Of a stretch of 64,000 nt of DNA, positions 10,001-23,731 are shown piece by piece. Below the pieces are notes generated by a model, which was not told where the DNA came from, did no database searches, and saw only the letters and a program-made list of their open reading frames with translations. Positions within the stretch are counted from its first letter, which is position 1, and the number at the start of each line of letters is the position of its first letter. The position numbers were made by a program, and so were the translations under genes. The stretch is taken from assembly GCA_040954595.2 (NCBI GenBank), contig CM082593.2:1498901-1562900 (forward strand). Direction: 5' to 3'. The DNA comes from Balanoglossus misakiensis (taxonomy: Eukaryota; Animalia; Hemichordata).

Positions 10001-13000
10001 ATCCAAAAACCACCAAATTTTGAAATTTCGCGAAGTCGAAAAATTGACATTTCTGGATGATTTTCATGAGCTATAACCCATGGTTTTTATCCAAAAACCA
10101 CCAAATTTTGAAATTTCGCGAAGTCGAAAAATTCACATTTCTGGATGATTTTCATGAGCTATAACCCATGGTTTTTATCCAAAAACCACCAAATTTTGAA
10201 ATTTCGCGAAGTCGAAAAATTGACATTTCTGGATGATTTTCATGAGCTATAACCCATGGTTTTTATCCAAAAACCACCAAATTTTGAAATTTCGCGAAGT
10301 CGAAAAATTGACATTTCTGGATGATTTTCATGAGCTATAACCCATGGTTTTTATCCAAAAACCACCAAATTTTGAAATTTCGCGAAGTCGAAAAATTCAC
10401 ATTTCTGGATGATTTTCATGAGCTATAACCCATGGTTTTTATCCAAAAACCACCAAATTTTGAAATTTCGCGAAGTCGAAAAATTCACATTTCTGGATGA
10501 TTTTCATGAGCTATAACCCATGGTTTTTATCCAAAAACCACCAAATTTTGAAATTTCGCGAAGTCGAAAAATTGACATTTCTGGATGATTTTCATGAGCT
10601 ATAACCCATGGTTTTTATCCAAAAACCACCAAATTTTGAAATTTCGCGAAGTCGAAAAATTCACATTTCTGGATGATTTTCATGAGCTATAACCCATGGT
10701 TTTTATCCAAAAACCACCAAATTTTGAAATTTCGCGAAGTCGAAAAATTGACATTTCTGGATGATTTTCATGAGCTATAACCCATGGTTTTTATCCAAAA
10801 ACCACCAAATTTTGAAATTTCGCGAAGTCGAAAAATTGACATTTCTGGATGATTTTCATGAGCTATAACCCATGGTTTTTATCCAAAAACCACCAAATTT
10901 TGAAATTTCGCGAAGTCGAAAAATTCACATTTCTGGATGATTTTCATGAGCTATAACCCATGGTTTTTATCCAAAAACCACCAAATTTTGAAATTTCGCG
11001 AAGTCGAAAAATTCACATTTCTGGATGATTTTCATGAGCTATAACCCATGGTTTTTATCCAAAAACCACCAAATTTTGAAATTTCGCGAAGTCGAAAAAT
11101 TCACATTTCTGGATGATTTTCATGAGCTATAACCCATGGTTTTTATCCAAAAACCACCAAATTTTGAAATTTCGCGAAGTCGAAAAATTCACATTTCTGG
11201 ATGATTTTCATGAGCTATAACCCATGGTTTTTATCCAAAAACCACCAAATTTTGAAATTTCGCGAAGTCGAAAAATTCACATTTCTGGATGATTTTCATG
11301 AGCTATAACCCATGGTTTTTATCCAAAAACCACCAAATTTTGAAATTTCGCGAAGTCGAAAAATTCACATTTCTGGATGATTTTCATGAGCTATAACCCA
11401 TGGGTTTTATCCAAAAACCACCAAATTTTGAAATTTCGCGAAGTCGAAAAATTGACATTTCTGGATGATTTTCATGAGCTATAACCCATGGTTTTTATCC
11501 AAAAACCACCAAATTTTGAAATTTCGCGAAGTCGAAAAATCCACATTTCTGGATGATTTTCATGAGCTATAACCCATGGTTTTTATCCAAAAACCACCAA
11601 ATTTTGAAATTTCGCGAAGTCGAAAAATCCACATTTCTGGATGATTTTCATGAGCTATAACCCATGGTTTTTATCCAAAAACCACCAAATTTTGAAATTT
11701 CGCGAAGTCGAAAAATTGACATTTCTGGATGATTTTCATGAGCTATAACCCATGGTTTTTATCCAAAAACCACCAAATTTTGAAATTTCGCGAAGTCGAA
11801 AAATTGACATTTCTGGATGATTTTCATGAGCTATAACCCATGGTTTTTATCCAAAAACCACCAAATTTTGAAATTTCGCGAAGTCGAAAAATTGACATTT
11901 CTGGATGATTTTCATGAGCTATAACCCATGGTTTTTATCCAAAAACCACCAAATTTTGAAATTTCGCGAAGTCGAAAAATTCACATTTCTGGATGATTTT
12001 CATGAGCTATAACCCATGGTTTTTATCCAAAAACCACCAAATTTTGAAATTTCGCGAAGTCGAAAAATTCACATTTCTGGATGATTTTCATGAGCTATAA
12101 CCCATGGTTTTTATCCAAAAACCACCAAATTTTGAAATTTCGCGAAGTCGAAAAATTGACATTTCTGGATGATTTTCATGAGCTATAACCCATGGTTTTT
12201 ATCCAAAAACCACCAAATTTTGAAATTTCGCGAAGTCGAAAAATTCACATTTCTGGATGATTTTCATGAGCTATAACCCATGGTTTTTATCCAAAAACCA
12301 CCAAATTTTGAAATTTCGCGAAGTCGAAAAATTCACATTTCTGGATGATTTTCATGAGCTATAACCCATGGTTTTTATCCAAAAACCACCAAATTTTGAA
12401 ATTTCGCGAAGTCGAAAAATTGACATTTCTGGATGATTTTCATGAGCTATAACCCATGGTTTTTATCCAAAAACCACCAAATTTTGAAATTTCGCGAAGT
12501 CGAAAAATTGACATTTCTGGATGATTTTCATGAGCTATAACCCATGGTTTTTATCCAAAAACCACCAAATTTTGAAATTTCGCGAAGTCGAAAAATTCAC
12601 ATTTCTGGATGATTTTCATGAGCTATAACCCATGGTTTTTATCCAAAAACCACCAAATTTTGAAATTTCGCGAAGTCGAAAAATTCACATTTCTGGATGA
12701 TTTTCATGAGCTATAACCCATGGTTTTTATCCAAAAACCACCAAATTTTGAAATTTCGCGAAGTCGAAAAATTCACATTTCTGGATGATTTTCATGAGCT
12801 ATAACCCATGGTTTTTATCCAAAAACCACCAAATTTTGAAATTTCGCGAAGTCGAAAAATTCACATTTCTCGATGATTTTCATGAGCTATAACCCATGGT
12901 TTTTATCCAAAAACCACCAAATTTTGAAATTTCGCGAAGTCGAAAAATTCACATTTCTGGATGATTTTCATGAGCTATAACCCATGGTTTTTATCCAAAA

Positions 13001-16000
13001 ACCACCAAATTTTGGAATTTCGCGAAGTCGAAAAATTCACATTTCTGGATGATTTTCATGAGCTATAACCCATGGTTTTTATCCAAAAACCACCAAATTT
13101 TGAATTTCGCGAAGTCGAAAAATTCACATTTCTGGATGATTTTCATGAGCTATAACCCATGGTTTTTATCCAAAAACCACCAAATTTTGAAATTTCGCGA
13201 AGTCGAAAAATTCACATTTCTGGATGATTTTCATGAGCTATAACCCATGGTTTTTATCCAAAAACCACCAAATTTTGAAATTTCGCGAAGTCGAAAAATT
13301 CACATTTCTGGATGATTTTCATGAGCTATAACCCATGGTTTTTATCCAAAAACCACCAAATTTTGAAATTTCTCGAAGTCGAAAAATTCACATTTCTGGA
13401 TGATTTTCATGAGCTATAACCCATGGTTTTTATCCAAAAACCACCAAATTTTTAAATTTCGCGAAGTCGAAAAATTCACATTTCTGGATGATTTTCATGA
13501 GCTATAACCCATGGTTTTTATCCAAAAACCACCAAATTTTGAAATTTCGCGAAGTCGAAAAATTCACATTTCTGGATGATTTTCATGAGCTATAACCCAT
13601 GGGTTTTATCCAAAAACCACCAAATTTTGAAATTTCGCGAAGTCGAAAAATTCACATTTCTGGATGATTTTCATGAGCTATAACCCATGGTTTTTATCCA
13701 AAAACCACCAAATTTTGAAATTTCGCGAAGTCGAAAAATCCACATTTCTGGATGATTTTCATGAGCTATAACCCATGGTTTTTATCCAAAAACCACCAAA
13801 TTTTGAAATTTCGCGAAGTCGAAAAATTGACATTTCTGGATGATTTTCATGAGCTATAACCCATGGTTTTTATCCAAAAACCACCAAATTTTGAAATTTC
13901 GCGAAGTCGAAAAATTGACATTTCTGGATGATTTTCATGAGCTATAACCCATGGTTTTTATCCAAAAACCACCAAATTTTAAAATTTCGCGAAGTCGAAA
14001 AATTGACATTTCTGGATGATTTTCATGAGCTATAACCCATGGTTTTTATCCAAAAACCACCAAATTTTGAAATTTCGTGAAGTCGAAAAATTCACATTTC
14101 TGGATGATTTTCATGAGCTATAACCCATGGTTTTTATCCAAGAACCACCAAATTTTGAAATTTCGCGAAGTCGAAAAATTCACATTTCTGGATGATTTTC
14201 ATGAGCTATAACCCATGGTTTTTATCCAAAAACCACCAAATTTTGAAATTTCGCGAAGTCGAAAAATTGACATTTCTGGATGATTTTCATGAGCTATAAC
14301 CCATGGTTTTTATCCAAAAACCACCAAATTTTGAAATTTCGCGAAGTCGAAAAATTCACATTTCTGGATGATTTTCATGAGCTATAACCCATGGTTTTTA
14401 TCCAAAAACCACCAAATTTTGAAATTTCGCGAAGTCGAAAAATTGACATTTCTGGATGATTTTCATGAGCTATAACCCATGGTTTTTATCCAAAAACCAC
14501 CAAATTTTGAAATTTCGCGAAGTCGAAAAATTGACATTTCTGGATGATTTTCATGAGCTATAACCCATGGTTTTTATCCAAAAACCACCAAATTTTGAAA
14601 TTTCGCGAAGTCGAAAAATTGACATTTCTGGATGATTTTCATGAGCTATAACCCATGGTTTTTATCCAAAAACCACCAAATTTTGAAATTTCGCGAAGTC
14701 GAAAAATTGACATTTCTGGATGATTTTCATGAGCTATAACCCATGGTTTTTATCCAAAAACCACCAAATTTTGAAATTTCGCGAAGTCGAAAAATTCACA
14801 TTTCTGGATGATTTTCATGAGCTATAACCCATGGTTTTTATCCAAAAACCACCAAATTTTGAAATTTCGCGAAGTCGAAAAATTCACATTTCTGGATGAT
14901 TTTCATGAGCTATAACCCATGGGTTTTATCCAAAAACCACCAAATTTTGAAATTTCGCGAAGTCGAAAAATTCACATTTCTGGATGATTTTCATGAGCTA
15001 TAACCCATGGTTTTTATCCAAAAACCACCAAATTTTGAAATTTCGCGAAGTCGAAAAATCCACATTTCTGGATGATTTTCATGAGCTATAACCCATGGTT
15101 TTTATCCAAAAACCACCAAATTTTGAAATTTCGCGAAGTCGAAAAATTGACATTTCTGGATGATTTTCATGAGCTATAACCCATGGTTTTTATCCAAAAA
15201 CCACCAAATTTTGAAATTTCGCGAAGTCGAAAAATTGACATTTCTGGATGATTTTCATGAGCTATAACCCATGGTTTTTATCCAAAAACCACCAAATTTT
15301 AAAATTTCGCGAAGTCGAAAAATTGACATTTCTGGATGATTTTCATGAGCTATAACCCATGGTTTTTATCCAAAAACCACCAAATTTTGAAATTTCGCGA
15401 AGTCGAAAAATTCACATTTCTGGATGATTTTCATGAGCTATAACCCATGGTTTTTATCCAAAAACCACCAAATTTTGAAATTTCGCGAAGTCGAAAAATT
15501 CACATTTCTGGATGATTTTCATGAGCTATAACCCATGGTTTTTATCCAAAAACCACCAAATTTTGAAATTTCGCGAAGTCGAAAAATTGACATTTCTGGA
15601 TGATTTTCATGAGCTATAACCCATGGTTTTTATCCAAAAACCACCAAATTTTGAAATTTCGCGAAGTCGAAAAATTGACATTTCTGGATGATTTTCATGA
15701 GCTATAACCCATGGTTTTTATCCAAAAACCACCAAATTTTGAAATTTCGCGAAGTCGAAAAATTGACATTTCTGGATGATTTTCATGAGCTATAACCCAT
15801 GGTTTTTATCCAAAAACCACCAAATTTTGAAATTTCGCGAAGTCGAAAAATTGACATTTCTGGATGATTTTCATGAGCTATAACCCATGGTTTTTATCCA
15901 AAAACCACCAAATTTTGAAATTTCGCGAAGTCGAAAAATTGACATTTCTGGATGATTTTCATGAGCTATAACCCATGGTTTTTGTCCAAAAACCACCAAA

Positions 16001-19000
16001 TTTTGAAATTTCGCGAAGTCGAAAAATTGACATTTCTGGATGATTTTCATGAGCTATAACCCATGGTTTTTATCCAAAAACCACCAAATTTTGAAATTTC
16101 GCGAAGTCGAAAAATTGACATTTCTGGATGATTTTCATGAGCTATAACCCATGGTTTTTATCCAAAAACCACCAAATTTTGAAATTTCGCGAAGTCGAAA
16201 AATTCACATTTCTGGATGATTTTCATGAGCTATAACCCATGGTTTTTATCCAAAAACCACCAAATTTTGAAATTTCGCGAAGTCGAAAAATTCACATTTC
16301 TGGATGATTTTCCTGAGCTATAACCCATGGTTTTTATCCAAAAACCACCAAATTTTGAAATTTCGCGAAGTCGAAAAATTCACATTTCTGGATGATTTTC
16401 ATGAGCTATAACCCATGGTTTTTATCCAAAAACCACCAAATTTTGAAATTTCGCGAAGTCGAAAAATTCACATTTCTGGATGATTTTCATGAGCTATAAC
16501 CCATGGGTTTTATCCAAAAACCACCAAATTTTGAAATTTCGCGAAGTCGAAAAATTCACATTTCTGGATGATTTTCATGAGCTATAACCCATGGTTTTTA
16601 TCCAAAAACCACCAAATTTTGAAATTTCGCGAAGTCGAAAAATTTACATTTCTGGATGATTTTCATGAGCTATAACCCATGGTTTTTATCCAAAAACCAC
16701 CAAATTTTGAAATTTCTCGAAGTCGAAAAATTCACATTTCTGGATGATTTTCATGAGCTATAACCCATGGTTTTTATCCAAAAACCACCAAATTTTGAAA
16801 TTTCGCGAAGTCGAAAAATTGACATTTCTGGATGATTTTCATGAGCTATAACCCATGGTTTTTATCCAAAAACCACCAAATTTTGAAATTTCGCGAAGTC
16901 GAAAAATTCACATTTCTCGATGATTTTCATGAGCTATAACCCATGGTTTTTATCCAAAAACCACCAAATTTTGAAATTTCGCGAAGTCGAAAAATTCACA
17001 TTTCTGGATGATTTTCATGAGCTATAACCCATGGTTTTTATCCAAAAACCACCAAATTTTGGAATTTCGCGAAGTCGAAAAATTCACATTTCTGGATGAT
17101 TTTCATGAGCTATAACCCATGGTTTTTATCCAAAAACCACCAAATTTTGAAATTTCGCGAAGTCGAAAAATTCACATTTCTGGATGATTTTCATGAGCTA
17201 TAACCCATGGTTTTTATCCAAAAACCACCAAATTTTGAAATTTCGCGAAGTCGAAAAATTGACATTTCTGGATGATTTTCATGAGCTATAACCCATGGTT
17301 TTTATCCAAAAACCACCAAATTTTGAAATTTCGCGAAGTCAAAAAATTCACATTTCTGGATGATTTTCATGAGCTATAACCCATGGTTTTTATCCAAAAA
17401 CCACCAAATTTTGAAATTTCGCGAAGTCGAAAAATTGACATTTCTGGATGATTTTCATGAGCTATAACCCATGGTTTTTATCCAAAAACCACCAAATTTT
17501 GAAATTTCGCGAAGTCGAAAAATTGACATTTCTGGATGATTTTCATGAGCTATAACCCATGGTTTTTATCCAAAAACCACCAAATTTTGAAATTTCGCGA
17601 AGTCGAAAAATTGACATTTCTGGATGATTTTCATGAGCTATAACCCATGGTTTTTATCCAAAAACCACCAAATTTTGAAATTTCGCGAAGTCGAAAAATT
17701 CACATTTCTGGATGATTTTCATGAGCTATAACCCATGGTTTTTATCCAAAAACCACCAAATTTTGAAATTTCGCGAAGTCGAAAAATTGACATTTCTGGA
17801 TGATTTTCATGAGCTATAACCCATGGTTTTTATCCAAAAACCACCAAATTTTGAAATTTCGCGAAGTCGAAAAATTCACATTTCTGGATGATTTTCATGA
17901 GCTATAACCCATGGTTTTTATCCAAAAACCACCAAATTTTGAAATTTCGCGAAGTCGAAAAATTCACATTTCTGGATGATTTTCATGAGCTATAACCCAT
18001 GGTTTTTATCCAAAAACCACCAAATTTTGAAATTTCGCGAAGTCGAAAAATTCACATTTCTGGATGATTTTCATGAGCTATAACCCATGGTTTTTATCCA
18101 AAAACCACCAAATTTTGAAATTTCGCGAAGTCGAAAAATTCACATTTCTGGATGATTTTCATGAGCTATAACCCATGGTTTTTATCCAAAAACCACCAAA
18201 TTTTGAAATTTCGCGAAGTCGAAAAATTGACATTTCTGGATGATTTTCATGAGCTATAACCCATGGTTTTTATCCAAAAACCACCAAATTTTGAAATTTC
18301 GCGAAGTCGAAAAATTGACATTTCTGGATGATTTTCATGAGCTATAACCCATGGTTTTTATCCAAAAACCACCAAATTTTGAAATTTCGCGAAGTCGAAA
18401 AATTGACATTTCTGGATGATTTTCATGAGCTATAACCCATGGTTTTTATCCAAAAACCACCAAATTTTGAAATTTCGCGAAGTCGAAAAATTCACATTTC
18501 TGGATGATTTTCATGAGCTATAACCCATGGTTTTTATCCAAAAACCACCAAATTTTGAAATTTCGCGAAGTCGAAAAATTGACATTTCTGGATGATTTTC
18601 ATGAGCTATAACCCATGGTTTTTATCCAAAAACCACCAAATTTTGAAATTTCGCGAAGTCGAAAAATTCACATTTCTGGATGATTTTCATGAGCTATAAC
18701 CCATGGTTTTTATCCAAAAACCACCAAATTTTGAAATTTCGCGAAGTCGAAAAATTCACATTTCTGGATGATTTTCATGAGCTATAACCCATGGTTTTTA
18801 TCCAAAAACCACCAAATTTTGAAATTTCGCGAAGTCGAAAAATTCACATTTCTGGATGATTTTCATGAGCTATAACCCATGGTTTTTATCCAAAAACCAC
18901 CAAATTTTGAAATTTCGCGAAGTCGAAAAATTCACATTTCTGGATGATTTTCATGAGCTATAACCCATGGGTTTTATCCAAAAACCACCAAATTTTGAAA

Positions 19001-22000
19001 TTTCGCGAAGTCGAAAAATTCACATTTCTGGATGATTTTCATGAGCTATAACCCATGGTTTTTATCCAAAAACCACCAAATTTTGAAATTTCGCGAAGTC
19101 GAAAAATTTACATTTCTGGATGATTTTCATGAGCTATAACCCATGGTTTTTATCCAAAAACCACCAAATTTTGAAATTTCTCGAAGTCGAAAAATTCACA
19201 TTTCTGGATGATTTTCATGAGCTATAACCCATGGTTTTTATCCAAAAACCACCAAATTTTGAAATTTCGCGAAGTCGAAAAATTGACATTTCTGGATGAT
19301 TTTCATGAGCTATAACCCATGGTTTTTATCCAAAAACCACCAAATTTTGAAATTTCGCGAAGTCGAAAAATTCACATTTCTCGATGATTTTCATGAGCTA
19401 TAACCCATGGTTTTTATCCAAAAACCACCAAATTTTGAAATTTCGCGAAGTCGAAAAATTCACATTTCTGGATGATTTTCATGAGCTATAACCCATGGTT
19501 TTTATCCAAAAACCACCAAATTTTGGAATTTCGCGAAGTCGAAAAATTCACATTTCTGGATGATTTTCATGAGCTATAACCCATGGTTTTTATCCAAAAA
19601 CCACCAAATTTTGAAATTTCGCGAAGTCGAAAAATTCACATTTCTGGATGATTTTCATGAGCTATAACCCATGGTTTTTATCCAAAAACCACCAAATTTT
19701 GAAATTTCGCGAAGTCGAAAAATTCACATTTCTGGATGATTTTCATGAGCTATAACCCATGGTTTTTATCCAAAAACCACCAAATTTTGAAATTTCGCGA
19801 AGTCGAAAAATTCACATTTCTGGATGATTTTCATGAGCTATAACCCATGGTTTTTATCCAAAAACCACCAAATTTTGAAATTTCGCGAAGTCGAAAAATT
19901 GACATTTCTGGATGATTTTCATGAGCTATAACCCATGGTTTTTATCCAAAAACCACCAAATTTTGAAATTTCGCGAAGTCGAAAAATTCACATTTCTGGA
20001 TGATTTTCATGAGCTATAACCCATGGTTTTTATCCAAAAACCACCAAATTTTGAAATTTCGCGAAGTCGAAAAATTCACATTTCTGGATGATTTTCATGA
20101 GCTATAACCCATGGTTTTTATCCAAAAACCACCAAATTTTGAAATTTCGCGAAGTCGAAAAATTCACATTTCTGGATGATTTTCATGAGCTATAACCCAT
20201 GGTTTTTATCCAAAAACCACCAAATTTTGAAATTTCGCGAAGTCGAAAAATTCACATTTCTGGATGATTTTCATGAGCTATAACCCATGGTTTTTATCCA
20301 AAAACCACCAAATTTTGAAATTTCGCGAAGTCGAAAAATTCACATTTCTGGATGATTTTCATGAGCTATAACCCATGGTTTTTATCCAAAAACCACCAAA
20401 TTTTGAAATTTCGCGAAGTCGAAAAATTCACATTTCTGGATGATTTTCATGAGCTATAACCCATGGTTTTTATCCAAAAACCACCAAATTTTGAAATTTC
20501 GCGAAGTCGAAAAATTCACATTTCTTGATGATTTTCATGAGCTATAACCCATGGTTTTTATCCAAAAACCACCAAATTTTGAAATTTCGCGAAGTCGAAA
20601 AATTCACATTTCTGGATGATTTTCATGAGCTATAACCCATGGTTTTTATCCAAAAACCACCAAATTTTGAAATTTCGCGAAGTCGAAAAATTCACATTTC
20701 TGGATGATTTTCATGAGCTATAACCCATGGTTTTTATCCAAAAACCACCAAATTTTGAAATTTCGCGAAGTCGAAAAATTCACATTTCTGGATGATTTTC
20801 ATGAGCTATAACCCATGGTTTTTATCCAAAAACCACCAAATTTTGAAATTTCGCGAAGTCGAAAAATTCACATTTCTGGATGATTTTCATGAGCTATAAC
20901 CCATGGTTTTTATCCAAAAACCACCAAATTTTGAAATTTCGCGAAGTCGAAAAATTCACATTTCTGGATGATTTTCATGAGCTATAACCCATGGTTTTTA
21001 TCCAAAAACCACCAAATTTTGAAATTTCGCGAAGTCGAAAAATTGACATTTCTGGATGATTTTCATGAGCTATAACCCATGGTTTTTATCCAAAAACCAC
21101 CAAATTTTGAAATTTCGCGAAGTCGAAAAATTCACATTTCTGGATGATTTTCATGAGCTATAACCCATGGTTTTTATCCAAAAACCACCAAATTTTGAAA
21201 TTTCGCGAAGTCAAAAAATTCACATTTCTGGATGATTTTCATGAGCTATAACCCATGGTTTTTATCCAAAAACCACCAAATTTTGAAATTTCGCGAAGTC
21301 GAAAAATTCACATTTCTGGATGATTTTCATGAGCTATAACCCATGGTCTTTATCCAAAAACCACCAAATTTTGAAATTTCGCGAAGTCGAAAAATTCACA
21401 TTTCTGGATGATTTTCATGAGCTATAACCCATGGTTTTTATCCAAAAACTACCAAATTTTGAAATTTCGCGAAGTCGAAAAATTCACATTTCTGGATGAT
21501 TTTCATGAGCTATAACCCATGGTTTTTATCCAAAAACCACCAAATTTTGAAATTTCGCGAAGTCGAAAAATTCACATTTCTGGATGATTTTCATGAGCTA
21601 TAACCCATGGTTTTTATCCAAAAAACACCAAATTTTGAAATTTCGCGAAGTCGAAAAATTCACATTTCTGGATGATTTTCATGAGCTATAACCCATGGTT
21701 TTTATCCAAAAACCACCAAATTTTGAAATTTCGCGAAGTCGAAAAATTCACATTTCTGGATGATTTTCATGAGCTATAACCCATGGTTTTTATCCAAAAA
21801 CCACCAAATTTTGAAATTTCGCGAAGTCGAAAAATTGACATTTCTGGATGATTTTCATGAGCTATAACCCATGGTTTTTATCCAAAAACCACCAAATTTT
21901 GAAATTTCGCGAAGTCGAAAAATTCACATTTCTGGATGATTTTCATGAGCTATAACCCATGGTTTTTATCCAAAAACCACCAAATTTTGAAATTTCGCGA

Positions 22001-23731
22001 AGTCGAAAAATTCACATTTCTGGATGATTTTCATGAGCTATAACCCATGGTTTTTATCCAAAAACCACCAAATTTTGAAATTTCGCGAAGTCGAAAAATT
22101 GACATTTCTGGATGATTTTCATGAGCTATAACCCATGGTTTTTATCCAAAAACCACCAAATTTTGAAATTTCGCGAAGTCGAAAAATTCACATTTCTGGA
22201 TGATTTTCATGAGCTATAACCCATGGTTTTTATCCAAAAACCACCAAATTTTGAAATTTCGCGAAGTCGAAAAATTCACATTTCTGGATGATTTTCATGA
22301 GCTATAACCCATGGTTTTTATCCAAAAACCACCAAATTTTGAAATTTCGCGAAGTCGAAAAATTGACATTTCTGGATGATTTTCATGAGCTATAACCCAT
22401 GGTTTTTATCCAAAAACCACCAAATTTTGAAATTTCGCGAAGTCGAAAAATTCACATTTCTGGATGATTTTCATGAGCTATAACCCATGGTTTTTATCCA
22501 AAAACCACCAAATTTTGAAATTTCGCGAAGTCGAAAAATTCACATTTCTGGATGATTTTCATGAGCTATAACCCATGGTTTTTATCCAAAAACCACCAAA
22601 TTTTGAAATTTCGCGAAGTCGAAAAATTCACATTTCTGGATGATTTTCATGAGCTATAACCCATGGTTTTTATCCAAAAACCACCAAATTTTGAAATTTC
22701 GCGAAGTCGAAAAATTCACATTTCTGGATGATTTTCATGAGCTATAACCCATGGTTTTTATCCAAAAACCACCAAATTTTGAAATTTCGCGAAGTCGAAA
22801 AATTCACATTTCTGGATGATTTTCATGAGCTATAACCCATGGTTTTTATCCAAAAACCACCAAATTTTGAAATTTCGCGAAGTCGAAAAATTCACATTTC
22901 TGGATGATTTTCATGAGCTATAACCCATGGTTTTTATCCAAAAACCACCAAATTTTGAAATTTCGCGAAGTCGAAAAATTCACATTTCTGGATGATTTTC
23001 ATGAGCTATAACCCATGGTTTTTATCCAAAAACCACCAAATTTTGAAATTTCGCGAAGTCGAAAAATTCACATTTCTGGATGATTTTCATGAGCTATAAC
23101 CCATGGTTTTTATCCAAAAAACACCAAATTTTGAAATTTCGCGAAGTCGAAAAATTCACATTTCTGGATGATTTTCATGAGCTATAACCCATGGTTTTTA
23201 TCCAAAAACCACCAAATTTTGAAATTTCGCGAAGTCGAAAAATTGACATTTCTGGATGATTTTCATGAGCTATAACCCATGGTTTTTATCCAAAAACCAC
23301 CAAATTTTGAAATTTCGCGAAGTCGAAAAATTCACATTTCTGGATGATTTTCATGAGCTATAACCCATGGTTTTTATCCAAAAACCACCAAATTTTGAAA
23401 TACGGCAAAGTCGAAAAATTCTCATTTTTTGATGATTTTCCTGAGCTATAACCCATGGTTTTTTCAAAAATCGGCCAAATTTTGAAATTCCGCGAAGTCG
23501 AAAAATTCTCATTTTTTGATGATTTTCCTGAGCTATAACCCATGGTTTTTTCAAAAATCGGCCAAATTTTGAAATTCCGCGAAGTCGAAAAATTCTCATT
23601 TTTTGATGATTTTACTGAGCTATAACCCATGGTTTTTTCAAAAATCGGCCAAATTTGGAAATTCCGCAAAGTCGAAAAATTCTCATTTTTTGATGATTTT
23701 CCTGAGCTATAACCCATGGTTTTTTCAAAAA
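7067..23731 (+). repeat. Satellite array, left arm: about 189 copies of an 88-bp unit, with 87-bp-type variants at both edges
   Basis: Consensus GATGATTTTCATGAGCTATAACCCATGGTTTTTATCCAAAAACCACCAAATTTTGAAATTTCGCGAAGTCGAAAAATT(C/G)ACATTTCTG repeated head-to-tail with very few substitutions. Copy number is length divided by 88. Confidence 0.98.
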
